Shown here one piece after another: positions 50,745 through 60,384 of a DNA stretch of 64,000 nucleotides. The first letter of the stretch is position 1, and every line of letters begins with the position of its first letter. The position numbers and the translations under genes are program-made. Under the pieces are notes generated by a model. It did no database searches. It was not told the DNA's origin and was given only the letters and a program-made list of their open reading frames with translations. This DNA is from Bacteroidia bacterium (GTDB lineage: Bacteria; Bacteroidota; Bacteroidia; UBA8524), in NCBI GenBank assembly GCA_964215915.1, contig CAXPEB010000066.1:34349-98348 (forward strand). The letters run 5' to 3'.

Positions 50745-51394
50745 ACCCGTTGTGCTGTTAAAGAATTAGAATAGAAGTTGGTCAAACCAATGGAACTTAA
50801 TAAATCCATGGCTATGGAAATGACAAGTATACCGTAAACGGATTGTAGATTCTATTCCTTGTTTGATTATCAAGCCGGCCAGAGAGAAGAGATGCCGGAG
50901 TCTATTCAATCCATGATCAGGCATTACTGGTAAAGGGGTTTTCTGCGGTAAGTAAGTCGTATTTCTTCGGATACAAACTTTAACCAGTTATCAGCGAGAA
51001 AGGGGTATTTGATGAGATGCAGGTGACCCCTAGTAATGTATATGATATTAACTTTTGAAAACCTGGAAAACCACCAGTAGTCAGGGAAAGGTGCTCATCG
51101 GGGATACTTGTCAGCCAAAGTACAGCTGGGCTTGTTTGAATCATACAAAATCAAACTTGAAGTACAATACCGGAACAACATGAATGAATAGGTATAATCA
51201 ATCTTAAATACCGCAGATGACGCAATCGAACTGAAACCATGTTCTCCCGGTTCTGCAACCAGTTCATGTTCATGAGAAACTATGCAAAATCATATTTAGG
51301 TTGGCTTACAAGAGCTTGGTCTAAAATTACCTCCCTCCAATTGTTTGGAAGACCATTAAGCGGCATCAAACACACAGTCTATAATACAGCGGGT
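50745..51394 (+). mobile_element. Degenerate, internally deleted IS982-family insertion sequence with a transposase pseudogene
   Basis: Imperfect terminal IRs: ACCCGTTGTG at 50745 and TACAGCGGGT ending at 51394. Interrupted transposase fragments IVDSIP, YFFGYKL*PVISEKGVF...TPSNVYDI and ETMFSRFCNQFMFMRNYAKSYLG...SKIT, with stops and frameshifts. Confidence 0.8.
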
Positions 51395-51684
51395 TAAAGT
51401 ATAATGAAGGCGAATATATAGGGTTCACACAAAGTACAACCTAAGGATTTTGTTGCGGAGGGAGGTTGGTGCGGTAGGAAGGCGCCTTCAGGAAAACTGT
51501 CCTTTTTCACCCATTTTTAGAAAGAAAAATGGGTATGATCACAAAGGAACAAGCAAAGTGAAAGGTATTCAAAAGTATTGAAGCATCTTTTGTCAACAGG
51601 TATTGATCCAAACCTCTGAACATGGTTCCACTTTTTGGTACTGTAGAATGACCGGAGTTATATTCGGGAATCCATACGGACAGC

Positions 51685-52272
51685 ATGAAAAAAATCCTCT
51701 TTTCGATGATCCTGTTGTGCGGTCTAAGTTTCCGTGGTATTGCCCAGGAAAAGGGCGATTGGGAACTTGGGCTTGGTGCAGGGGTGCTGACCACCAACGA
51801 TGTATTCGAATTTCTTGATGAGTGGTACCAGGATAACGAAAACCCAGATACCATGGACATTCGACTCACCCAATATATTCCAGCTTTTACGGCTACTTAC
51901 CGTTACCTGGCTTCTCCCCGTCTCAGCCTGGGCTTTGATCTGAGCTACCAGTACTTTCGAGAGGAAGTGAGCCATGCCGGACAAGGTTACGGAGATATTC
52001 ATTTCAGTTTTGTCACTCTGGCCACAGGCTTTGATTACCACTATGTTGCCAGGCCCTGGTTTCGGATGTATTCCGGACTGACAGCCGCGGTGACCTTCAA
52101 TGAAAATTATTACCGGGGCAAGGACCCGCAAAGGGAAGAGCACTATACTACCCGCTTCAATTGGCAGTTGACACTTGCCGGTTTCCGCGTGGGAAGACAC
52201 TTTGCCGCTTTCGGGGAACTTGGCGTAGGTTATCGTGGCGTGGCTTGCCTGGGTGTGAATTATCGATTTTGA
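51685..52272 (+). CDS. Outer membrane beta-barrel protein
   Basis: Signal peptide ending GIA-Q, alternating amphipathic strands, C-terminal GELGVGYRG...GVNYRF with terminal Phe. Confidence 0.8.
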   Translation: MKKILFSMILLCGLSFRGIAQEKGDWELGLGAGVLTTNDVFEFLDEWYQDNENPDTMDIRLTQYIPAFTATYRYLASPRLSLGFDLSYQYFREEVSHAGQGYGDIHFSFVTLATGFDYHYVARPWFRMYSGLTAAVTFNENYYRGKDPQREEHYTTRFNWQLTLAGFRVGRHFAAFGELGVGYRGVACLGVNYRF

Positions 52273-52277
52273 TCAGT

Positions 52278-52850
52278 ATGGAACAAGTGTATATAGAAGG
52301 ACAACGCTTTGAAGGGGAAAACTTTACCGAGTCTTCCCTCAAAAAAGGGGAGTACGAGAACTGCAGCTTCTATCATTGTAGCATGCTGGAGAGCAATCTC
52401 CGCGAAATCCGCTTCAACAACTGCGAATTTGTGGGCTGTGATCTCAGCCTTTCCAAACTTAACCAGACTTTGTTCCGCGAGGTGCACTTCCGCGACTGCA
52501 AGATGCTTGGCCTCCATTTCCAGCCATATAGCAGCTTCGGCTTCCGGTTTGATTTTACGGGCTGCAACCTGAGTAACTGTACCTTTTACCAGGTAAAATC
52601 CCAGGGAACCCGGTTCACAGATTGCGTGCTTCACGAGGCTGTGTTCGACGAATGTGATTTCAGCGAAAGCGTTTTCAACCGCTGTGACCTGCTGAATGCC
52701 CGCTTTGAGAATTGCCGTTTGCTCTCCGCCGATTTCCGCACGGCTTTTAACTACCGCATTGATCCGGACCTCAACCAGGTGCGTGGAGCCCGGTTTTCCG
52801 GCCCGGGAGTAGCCGGTCTTCTGGATAAATACGGCATCGTGGTGGAATGA
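52278..52850 (+). CDS. Pentapeptide repeat protein
   Basis: Start moved to ATG 52278 (MEQVYIEG). Continuous pentapeptide repeats (NCSFY, NCEFV, GCDLS, ECDFS, RCDLL, SADFR). Confidence 0.9.
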   Translation: MEQVYIEGQRFEGENFTESSLKKGEYENCSFYHCSMLESNLREIRFNNCEFVGCDLSLSKLNQTLFREVHFRDCKMLGLHFQPYSSFGFRFDFTGCNLSNCTFYQVKSQGTRFTDCVLHEAVFDECDFSESVFNRCDLLNARFENCRLLSADFRTAFNYRIDPDLNQVRGARFSGPGVAGLLDKYGIVVE

Positions 52851-53239
52851 TGGACAGGCCAATAAGGATTCTGGTTCTCTGCAGCCGCAACAAACGCCGA
52901 AGCCGTACGGCGGAAACACTCTTCCGGAATGATCCGCGTATGGAGATTCGTTCGGCCGGGCTGAGTCCCGATAGTACCCGAAGAGTTACCGAAACGGATT
53001 TACGCTGGGCAGATCGCATCCTGGTTATGGAAGACAAGCATGCACGTCGTCTAAGGGAAGAATGGCAGCACCTGCAATTGAACCGGTTGGAGGTTCTCCA
53101 TATCGAAGATGAATATGCGTATATGGATGATGAACTGGTCTCCCTGCTTAATGACTTAATTCCGCTTATCTGTAATCATGCAAGCCAATATCACCCCGGA
53201 AGCAGAGGCTTCACAGCTCAAAGTGCTGGTATTTGTTAG
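52847..53239 (+). CDS. Low-molecular-weight protein-tyrosine-phosphatase-like protein
   Basis: P-loop C-x5-R (LCSRNKRRSRTAE), RSAG, WADRILVME, IEDEYAYMD. Confidence 0.85.
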   Translation: MMDRPIRILVLCSRNKRRSRTAETLFRNDPRMEIRSAGLSPDSTRRVTETDLRWADRILVMEDKHARRLREEWQHLQLNRLEVLHIEDEYAYMDDELVSLLNDLIPLICNHASQYHPGSRGFTAQSAGIC

Positions 53240-53825
53240 AAGCAGTGCCTGGGTTATGATCATCCTGGCGGTATTCCTGTTGTTTCGCGACGGGATTGCC
53301 ATTTTCAGTTTGCTGAATTGGCGGCTCTTCACCGAATCCATTTCCTTCCCATCCGAATTTTCATACCGCCAAAAGGACATGGATATGTCACGGGTACTAA
53401 TTATTGGGTTTTACCTGAGAAGCATGCTGGCCTTACTCATTCTGCCAATTGGAGTGGGTTTATTGTATCGGAAGAACTGGGCGAGGATTGCTTACCTGGT
53501 GCTTTGCGTCATGCTATTTGTGGGTCTATGCCTGGGCTTACTCGTGTACTATGGGGAGCTTTTAGAGGTCATTCAGGATAAAATGTCCATGATTTATGGG
53601 TTGGAGGAAGAGAAAAGTACGGTCTATGGAAGGATGGAACTTATAAGTGAAACGGTTAAGGTCGTACTCATAGGAAATGCCACGTTAATAACCCTGTTGA
53701 TCTGGCTGATGGTTCGCGTAGCCGTTCGATTTACCCGTAGTGAGGTTCGGGCGGTATTTCATGAGTCGGTTACCGTTGCTTACCCCGCTGGGGATATCAA
53801 AGACGAACAAACGAAAACCCCTTGA
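53178..53825 (+). CDS. Hypothetical integral membrane protein (about 4 TM; start could be ATG 53256)
   Basis: Four hydrophobic segments; GLLYRKNWAR motif. Confidence 0.65.
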   Translation: MQANITPEAEASQLKVLVFVRSSAWVMIILAVFLLFRDGIAIFSLLNWRLFTESISFPSEFSYRQKDMDMSRVLIIGFYLRSMLALLILPIGVGLLYRKNWARIAYLVLCVMLFVGLCLGLLVYYGELLEVIQDKMSMIYGLEEEKSTVYGRMELISETVKVVLIGNATLITLLIWLMVRVAVRFTRSEVRAVFHESVTVAYPAGDIKDEQTKTP

Positions 53826-53834
53826 CCCCATTTC

Positions 53835-54491
53835 GTGAGAATTCACCATCTTTATAAAGTGAATTTCAGAAAACTAATTCTCATCCTGTTACTGAGCGTA
53901 TTCAGCCGCTCATTATTTGCCGAATACAAAGTATTGTCTACCGAACTCCTCATGGAGACAAATGAAGGGAGGCTTATCCATGGCTATGCCATCATTAGTA
54001 GCCTGCCTGTTTCCATGGATTCCCTGAATTCGGAAAATTGGTTACTGAACAATTTAAGTAACGGTTGGATGGACTCTGTAACCTATTCTTCAGATCGGCT
54101 GGCCTACTATTTTGTGGAGGAAGGAAGTGCTGAACTCAGGCATGAATACCTGCTGTTGGGAGAACAAAGGTTTCCCGTGAATCGGATACGCAGGATAAAG
54201 CTGATTATCTGGGAATGGGAGAGTTCTTCAAACGAGATAAGCTCAGACCTGAAAATGCAGGACGAGGTCTGGATGCGAGAGAAACCATTGCGTTCGGTAC
54301 ACTACTACGGTACATATTGTGATTTCCTGATCTTCATCCATAAAGAATCCTCACAAACAGATCAGTTGCTTGCAGAACTGAAGGTACTGACCGATGCAGC
54401 TGCGGTATCCGGGGAACCGGGCGATTACCGGGCCGTCCTGAAGAAATTCAACGGACAAAAGGTGGTGATCATTACTACCTGCATCTGTTAG
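53835..54491 (+). CDS. Hypothetical secreted protein
   Basis: GTG start, signal-peptide-like N-terminus (SLFA-EY), no recognised motif. Confidence 0.6.
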   Translation: MRIHHLYKVNFRKLILILLLSVFSRSLFAEYKVLSTELLMETNEGRLIHGYAIISSLPVSMDSLNSENWLLNNLSNGWMDSVTYSSDRLAYYFVEEGSAELRHEYLLLGEQRFPVNRIRRIKLIIWEWESSSNEISSDLKMQDEVWMREKPLRSVHYYGTYCDFLIFIHKESSQTDQLLAELKVLTDAAAVSGEPGDYRAVLKKFNGQKVVIITTCIC

Positions 54492-54582
54492 GTTATTGAT
54501 TTTAGGTATTTTTCGGAAAGTGTGAGCGGGATTTTCGCGGACTCCTGCAGAATCCCTATTTTGGGACTCCATTCGTCAGAAT

Positions 54583-55770
54583 ATGTCCAATTCACTCTTC
54601 AGGGATAAAGCACTGAAAAAGATCACCGCTCCGGAGGAGCTGGAAAAACCCCTTCGCATAGTGGGTCCCGGATACCGTTTTGTATTGCTGGCACTCGCGC
54701 TGCTCGTGCTTTTTGCCGTGATCTGGTCCTTTGCAGGCAGGCTTCCCATGAGTGTGAATGCCAATGGGATAGTTACCAGCCAGCGGGGCCTGCAACTGGT
54801 CAGGATACCATTTGGGGGTGTTATCAATGAGATAAAGGTAAAAACAGGGGATACCGTTCAACAGGGTGACCTGATCGCTACGGTAGAGCAACTTGACCTC
54901 CAGTTTGAGATCCGGCGGTTACAGAGTGAGTTCAACGACCTGAAAGAAACCTATGCCCGTTATTCGGAATACGCTGATCCGGTTTCTCGTGCACGAAGAA
55001 CCCAGGAACTGAATCGCTCGGTTCAGGCATGGGAAGACAGTGTGCGCCGTATAGAAGGTGAATTGAGTCGGTTAGGACCGGATGAAGACGGTTTGCGGCA
55101 GTCGCGTTTGGACATAGCCCGGCAATTCCGGGAAGAGTTTTCCTGGAAGTATACCGAAGCCACCAATTTTAAGGTAGCCGAACTGCTTACGCTGAAAAAC
55201 AACATGGACGAAATCCGCCATCTCCTCAACCAGAAACGAAGCGAGTACCAGATGAAAACACAACTGGTCAGTCCGTATGATGGCGTGGTCGTGGAACTGA
55301 GTCTCGGGGAAGGCGATGTGTTTGAAGCTTCTCACCCTGTTGCTACCCTGGAAAACCTTCAGGTGGAGTCTACTGACCTCGAAGGCGTATTATTTGCCGA
55401 TGCCGCACAAGCCAAAAATATACATGCCGGAATGGAAGTGTTTGTCCACCCGAGTACTGTGGCGGTGGAAGAATACGGGTACCTGAAAGCCAGCGTGGTG
55501 GAAGTGGGAAAATACCCGGCCTCCAGAGCGGGTCTTTTCAACCTCCTAAAAAACGAGGAACTCATTGACCGGCTAAGCCGTAACAACCTCCCGGTGTACG
55601 TTCGGGTAAAACTGATCCCCGACAAACAGGCGCCATCGGGCTTTGCCTGGACTTCCGGAACCGGCCCCGATTTTAAGGTGCTCAGCGGAACCCTGGTTGA
55701 TGCGCGTATCATCCTGGCTGAAAAACGACCGGTTGAATTGATTTTTCCATCCGTAAAGCTGAGCCATTGA
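54583..55770 (+). CDS. NHLM/NHLP bacteriocin-system secretion protein (HlyD-family membrane fusion protein)
   Basis: LFRDKALKKITAPEELE N-terminus, one TM, lipoyl-like halves (GDTVQQGDLIA; SPYDGVV), PSTV..EEYGYL and FAWTSGTGP, as in the NHLM secretion family. Confidence 0.9.
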   Translation: MSNSLFRDKALKKITAPEELEKPLRIVGPGYRFVLLALALLVLFAVIWSFAGRLPMSVNANGIVTSQRGLQLVRIPFGGVINEIKVKTGDTVQQGDLIATVEQLDLQFEIRRLQSEFNDLKETYARYSEYADPVSRARRTQELNRSVQAWEDSVRRIEGELSRLGPDEDGLRQSRLDIARQFREEFSWKYTEATNFKVAELLTLKNNMDEIRHLLNQKRSEYQMKTQLVSPYDGVVVELSLGEGDVFEASHPVATLENLQVESTDLEGVLFADAAQAKNIHAGMEVFVHPSTVAVEEYGYLKASVVEVGKYPASRAGLFNLLKNEELIDRLSRNNLPVYVRVKLIPDKQAPSGFAWTSGTGPDFKVLSGTLVDARIILAEKRPVELIFPSVKLSH

Positions 55771-57914
55771 AAGGGTCCGGGCAGCATAAACCGGTGAAAA
55801 CGCCGATCCTTTTCCAGATGGAAACCGTAGAATGTGGTGCCGCTTCCCTGGGGATCATCCTGGGGTATTTCGGCAAATTCGTTCCCCTGGATGAATTACG
55901 GACAGCCTGCGGAATCTCCCGCGATGGATCCAAAGCCAGTTACCTGGTGAAGGCAGCCAAGGCCTACGGCCTGGAATACAAAGCATATAAAAGCAATTTG
56001 GAAAAACTGCTTCTGGAAAAGGGGCCGTTTATCGTCTTCTGGAAATTCAACCACTTCCTGGTGGTGGAGGGTTTCTCCCGCAACCAGGCCTACCTCAATG
56101 ACCCAGCCTCGGGCAGAAGAAGGGTAAGCCTGGATGAATTTGACGAGAGCTTCACAGGTGTAGTACTGAAGTTTGAAAAGGGCCACGGCTTTCAACCGGG
56201 AGGAAAACCTTTCAGCGCTGCCGGCTCCCTGAAAAAATGGATACATACGGGAAAAAGGGAGTTCCGGATGTTGGCAGCACTGGGTATCCTGGCCATTTTC
56301 CCGGGGATGGTGCTACCTGTATTTTCCAAAGTTTTTGTCGACCAGCTGATCGTGGCGGGATTGAGCAACTGGATCTGGCCCTTTTTCTGGGGCATGCTGG
56401 GATGCATCCTGATCAAATCGGCGATGGAATGGATGCAGATCAGTATCCTGGAAAAACTGGAGATAAAGTTCAGTGCCCTTTTCGGAAGCGCTTTCCTGCA
56501 TAAAATACTCAGTCTTCCCTCTCAGTTCTATCTCAACAGAAGCAGTACCGAAGTAGCGGGACGCATGCAGGCGCTTCGCGAAGTCAGTACTTTTATCACC
56601 GGGGATTTTGCCAGCACTCTGTTGGGATTGACGGGTCTTCTGTTCTATTTTCTTATCCTGCTATTCTATAACCTGCCCCTGGCTCTGATCAGTGCGGTAC
56701 TTGCCCTGACTTCCTTTTTTCTCCTGTATTACATGGCGAAGAAAAAACAGAACGACAGCCAGCTCCTGGCCCAGGATGAAGGAAAACTGGCGGCGGTCAC
56801 CGTCAACGGCTTTTCCATGCTGGAGACCCTGAGAGCCGGAGGGCGCGAATACGAATTTCTCAAAAAATGGAACGGCCTGCTGGCCAGGGTGGTCGGCATT
56901 CAGCAGGGAATAGCCCGTTTGAACAGCAGGCTGAATATTCTGCCTCAGTTGCTGTTTACGCTCAATATGATCGTGATTCTTTATTGGGGTGGACACCTGG
57001 TGATGCAGGGCGCGATGACCATGGGGGTATTGCTCGCTTTTACGGTATTTATCCATGCCTTTTACAAGCCGATTCTCGACCTCGTAAGGCTGGGCACCGG
57101 TATACAGGAATTGCAGGGAAAATTGGTCCGGGTGGATGAAATGTTTGAAAAAGAACTTCCTGAAACGGCAAGCGGGAACGAAACCCGGGCAGGAGAAAAA
57201 GGACTCCGGATAAGAGGCCTTGACTTCGGGTATAACCGCATGCAGGAGCCCTTATTCCGGGAACTTGAAATTACCATCAACCCCGGTGAACAGGTAGCTT
57301 TCGTGGGAAGCTCGGGATCCGGGAAATCCACACTCGCAAAACTCATCACCGGTATCTACCGGCCCTGGTCCGGGGATATACGACTGGATGGAGAAGATAT
57401 CCATAGCCTGCCCGAATCGGCGTTGGCCGGACGCCTGGCCGTAGTCGATCAGGATCTGTTCTTTTTTGAAGGGAAGATTCGCGACATCCTTACTTTATGG
57501 AACCAGGAGATCAGCGAAGAAGAAATTATCCGGGCCTGCAAAGACGCTTGTATACACGATGCCATCATCAGCCGACCGCTCGGATATTACGGTTACCTGA
57601 AGGAAGGCGGCAGCAATTTTAGCGGCGGACAGCGACAAAGGCTGGAAATTGCCAGGGCGCTGATGCGTAACCCCGATTACCTGATCCTGGATGAAGCCAC
57701 CAGCGCCCTGGATCCCATGACGGAAAAGAATATCCTGGAGAAGCTCCGGGAAAGGGCTTGTACCATCATCCATATCGCCCACCGGCTGAGTACCATCCGC
57801 GACTGCGACCGCATATTTGTGCTGGAGAAAGGCCGCATCGTCGAAGAAGGAACGCATGACCAATTGATCAAACTTAACGGACGATACACCACCCTGGTAA
57901 AAAGCGGAGAATGA
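55767..57914 (+). CDS. NHLM-type peptidase-containing ABC transporter (C39 peptidase + TMD + NBD)
   Basis: VKTPILFQMETVECGAASL (Cys), FNHFLVVEG (His), LNDPASG (Asp); GSSGSGKST, FSGGQRQRL, LDEATSALD. Start TTG 55767 or GTG 55794. Confidence 0.93.
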   Translation: MKGSGQHKPVKTPILFQMETVECGAASLGIILGYFGKFVPLDELRTACGISRDGSKASYLVKAAKAYGLEYKAYKSNLEKLLLEKGPFIVFWKFNHFLVVEGFSRNQAYLNDPASGRRRVSLDEFDESFTGVVLKFEKGHGFQPGGKPFSAAGSLKKWIHTGKREFRMLAALGILAIFPGMVLPVFSKVFVDQLIVAGLSNWIWPFFWGMLGCILIKSAMEWMQISILEKLEIKFSALFGSAFLHKILSLPSQFYLNRSSTEVAGRMQALREVSTFITGDFASTLLGLTGLLFYFLILLFYNLPLALISAVLALTSFFLLYYMAKKKQNDSQLLAQDEGKLAAVTVNGFSMLETLRAGGREYEFLKKWNGLLARVVGIQQGIARLNSRLNILPQLLFTLNMIVILYWGGHLVMQGAMTMGVLLAFTVFIHAFYKPILDLVRLGTGIQELQGKLVRVDEMFEKELPETASGNETRAGEKGLRIRGLDFGYNRMQEPLFRELEITINPGEQVAFVGSSGSGKSTLAKLITGIYRPWSGDIRLDGEDIHSLPESALAGRLAVVDQDLFFFEGKIRDILTLWNQEISEEEIIRACKDACIHDAIISRPLGYYGYLKEGGSNFSGGQRQRLEIARALMRNPDYLILDEATSALDPMTEKNILEKLRERACTIIHIAHRLSTIRDCDRIFVLEKGRIVEEGTHDQLIKLNGRYTTLVKSGE

Positions 57915-60070
57915 CGATGCAGGATTTCAAAAGCAGAACATACGCCAGTCTGGCCGGGGTGTTTCGGAATAAGAACATGAAAGGAGAGCGCGACTTTGAC
58001 CTGCCCCATGACCCTCTTGTGGATGCGCTCACCCGGGTCTGTGAACGCCTGAAAATTAAAGCACAGTTTCCTCCCGACTGGCCCCTGCTTTCAGGGCAGG
58101 AAGAAAAACTGGAAGCCTTTGCCGACAGCACATCCTGTGCTTTTCGCGAGGTTGAACTGAACAGCGATTGGTACCGCAATGATTTTGGGATACTGCTCTG
58201 GTTCGACAAAGAAGGGGAGATTTACCTGACGGAAAAAGGTCGGGGAAATCAACCGCGGGTATGGAATGCCGGGAAAAAGGAAACCGAATTCTGGTCGGTG
58301 CATGAAATTGAAGAAAAGGCAGAGCTCTGTCTGATGTTCTTTCCCCGGTTCGGAAGTGAAGCACTGCGGTTTTCCGGTCTTGTTAAACGGGTACTGAAGA
58401 ACCGCGGAAAAGAATACCTGGGAATTGGGCTGGTTTCTGCTTTGGCAGGATTGATTTCCATCCTGTTTCCCGTCGGAGTGGGGCTTTTATTCGGACAAGT
58501 TATCCCATCCGCCAATCAGAACCTGCTTTTGCAACTTGCTCTGGTGCTGCTTGTGGTAGCTTTTTCCGGTGGGTTGTTCCAGCTGGGGAAAAATCTGCTT
58601 AGTGCCCGGCTGCAGGGTTGGGTTGACTGGGACCTGCAAACTTCCCTAATGGACCGTATCCTGCGCCTTCCCTTGCAGGAACTCAACAAAGAAAACGCAG
58701 GCACCTTAGCCAGGAAGGTCTTCTCGTTCCGTCAGATATTACGTTTCATCAGCTCCGGGATCGCGGATCTGGGCTTTAGCTTCCTGTACATACTTTTCAA
58801 TCTTTTCAGCCTGTTCTTTTTCAGTCCTGAACTGGCCTGGCTGGTTATGGGCGCTGGCTTGCTGTATGCCCTGTTTCTGGCTTATACGGTCAGGCAGGAA
58901 ATCAGCCTGCACCGGGAGATCAAGCGGCGGAACATCTGGCTGGATGCCATGGTCATTCAGTTTATGAAAGGTCTGAACAAGATCAAACAGGCCGCCGCCG
59001 AATGGCAGATCATGGCCTTCTGGAGTCATCATTTTTCAGGGATACTTTCACTGGAACGGCAGTCGGGCAGGCACCGTCTGTATATGGGTTTGCTGAATGC
59101 CAACCTCGTTTGGCTGGTTCAGGCAGTTTTGTTCGTGGTATTTCTGTTCCGGTATTCGGATCTCGGGAGCGGTGCCTTCCTGGGCTTGAATGCGGCATTC
59201 CTCAACGTGTTCCTGGCACTGGGCACGCTGAGTGGCGGAATCCGTCAGCTGAGAGAATTGGTGCCCGTTTATTCGGAGTTGAAGCCCTTTCTGGAAACTC
59301 CCACGGAACACTATGACAGTGGAAAGCTCAAGCTGGGTCTGACCGGACGGATTGAGGTAGAAAGGTTGCATTTCCGCTATTACCCGGATGGTCCGTTGAT
59401 CCTCGATGACTTCAGCCTTACTGTGGAACCCGGTGAAAGTGTGGCCCTGGTTGGTCCCTCAGGTTCCGGTAAATCCACCTTGTTGAGGCTGCTTCTTGGC
59501 TTTGACAAAGCCGAGTCGGGAGATGTTTTGTATGACGGACAAAGTATGGATACCCTGCACCTGCGGCATTTGCGGCAGCAGTTCGGGGTGGTGCTCCAAA
59601 ATGACCAGCTGCTGGCCGGGAGTATTTATGAGAACATTGCAGGCACCAAGAACCTAAGTATGGATTTGGCCTGGGAGGCTGCCGGCAAGGCATCCATACG
59701 TGAAGAGATAGAAGCCATGCCCATGCAAATGCATACCCTGATCTCCGATCATGCAAGTACATTATCCGGCGGACAGAAACAGCGCCTGCTGATTGCACGA
59801 GCCCTGGCCGGTAACCCGGCACTGCTGTTTTTTGATGAGGCTACCAGCGCTCTGGACAATGTCTCCCAGAAACACGTGAGCGATACCCTGGACCAGCTTT
59901 CTATTACCCGTATTGTGATTGCACACAGGCTGAGCACTATAAAGGGCATGGATAAGATCGTGTATATGGAAAACGGAAAGGTGCGGGAATGCGGAACCTA
60001 TGAAGCCTTGATGGAAAAAAACGGGTTGTTTAAAAAGCTGGCAGAGAGGCAGATGGCAGAATCCGTGTAA
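57911..60070 (+). CDS. NHLM-type ABC transporter, second subunit (degenerate peptidase-like N-terminus)
   Basis: REVELNSDWYRNDFG N-terminal region without the C39 Cys motif; TMD; GPSGSGKST, LSGGQKQRL, FDEATSALD; ATGA overlap with the previous gene. Confidence 0.9.
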   Translation: MTMQDFKSRTYASLAGVFRNKNMKGERDFDLPHDPLVDALTRVCERLKIKAQFPPDWPLLSGQEEKLEAFADSTSCAFREVELNSDWYRNDFGILLWFDKEGEIYLTEKGRGNQPRVWNAGKKETEFWSVHEIEEKAELCLMFFPRFGSEALRFSGLVKRVLKNRGKEYLGIGLVSALAGLISILFPVGVGLLFGQVIPSANQNLLLQLALVLLVVAFSGGLFQLGKNLLSARLQGWVDWDLQTSLMDRILRLPLQELNKENAGTLARKVFSFRQILRFISSGIADLGFSFLYILFNLFSLFFFSPELAWLVMGAGLLYALFLAYTVRQEISLHREIKRRNIWLDAMVIQFMKGLNKIKQAAAEWQIMAFWSHHFSGILSLERQSGRHRLYMGLLNANLVWLVQAVLFVVFLFRYSDLGSGAFLGLNAAFLNVFLALGTLSGGIRQLRELVPVYSELKPFLETPTEHYDSGKLKLGLTGRIEVERLHFRYYPDGPLILDDFSLTVEPGESVALVGPSGSGKSTLLRLLLGFDKAESGDVLYDGQSMDTLHLRHLRQQFGVVLQNDQLLAGSIYENIAGTKNLSMDLAWEAAGKASIREEIEAMPMQMHTLISDHASTLSGGQKQRLLIARALAGNPALLFFDEATSALDNVSQKHVSDTLDQLSITRIVIAHRLSTIKGMDKIVYMENGKVRECGTYEALMEKNGLFKKLAERQMAESV

Positions 60071-60123
60071 TCCGGTATTTACTTTATGGAAAACACTAGT
60101 ATCAACGCAAAACAATAAAAATC

Positions 60124-60372
60124 ATGGAAAACAAAATCAATGAATTTCTCAGTCGTGTCCAGTCGGACCAATCTCTGGCCGGCAAGTACAAATCCGCAAA
60201 AGACCTCAAAGAGGTTTCAGAGATTGCGGGTAGTCTCGGTTTTCAGATCTCTCCGGCAGATTTTCAGAAGCATTTTGCCGAGAACCTCAGCGAAGATGAC
60301 CTGGATAATATCTCCGGCGGTGCATCTCCTGTAAACCGCACAAGCCACGGAGGCTGGTATTCCGGCGACTAA
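60124..60372 (+). CDS. Nif11-like leader RiPP precursor; predicted core ASPVNRTSHGGWYSGD
   Basis: Nif11 pattern (FL..V.SD..L...........V..IA...GF.I...D) then the double-glycine motif NLSEDDLDNISGG ending at residue 66; sits between a C39 exporter and modifying enzymes. Confidence 0.9.
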   Translation: MENKINEFLSRVQSDQSLAGKYKSAKDLKEVSEIAGSLGFQISPADFQKHFAENLSEDDLDNISGGASPVNRTSHGGWYSGD

Positions 60373-60384
60373 ACTGCAAAAATC

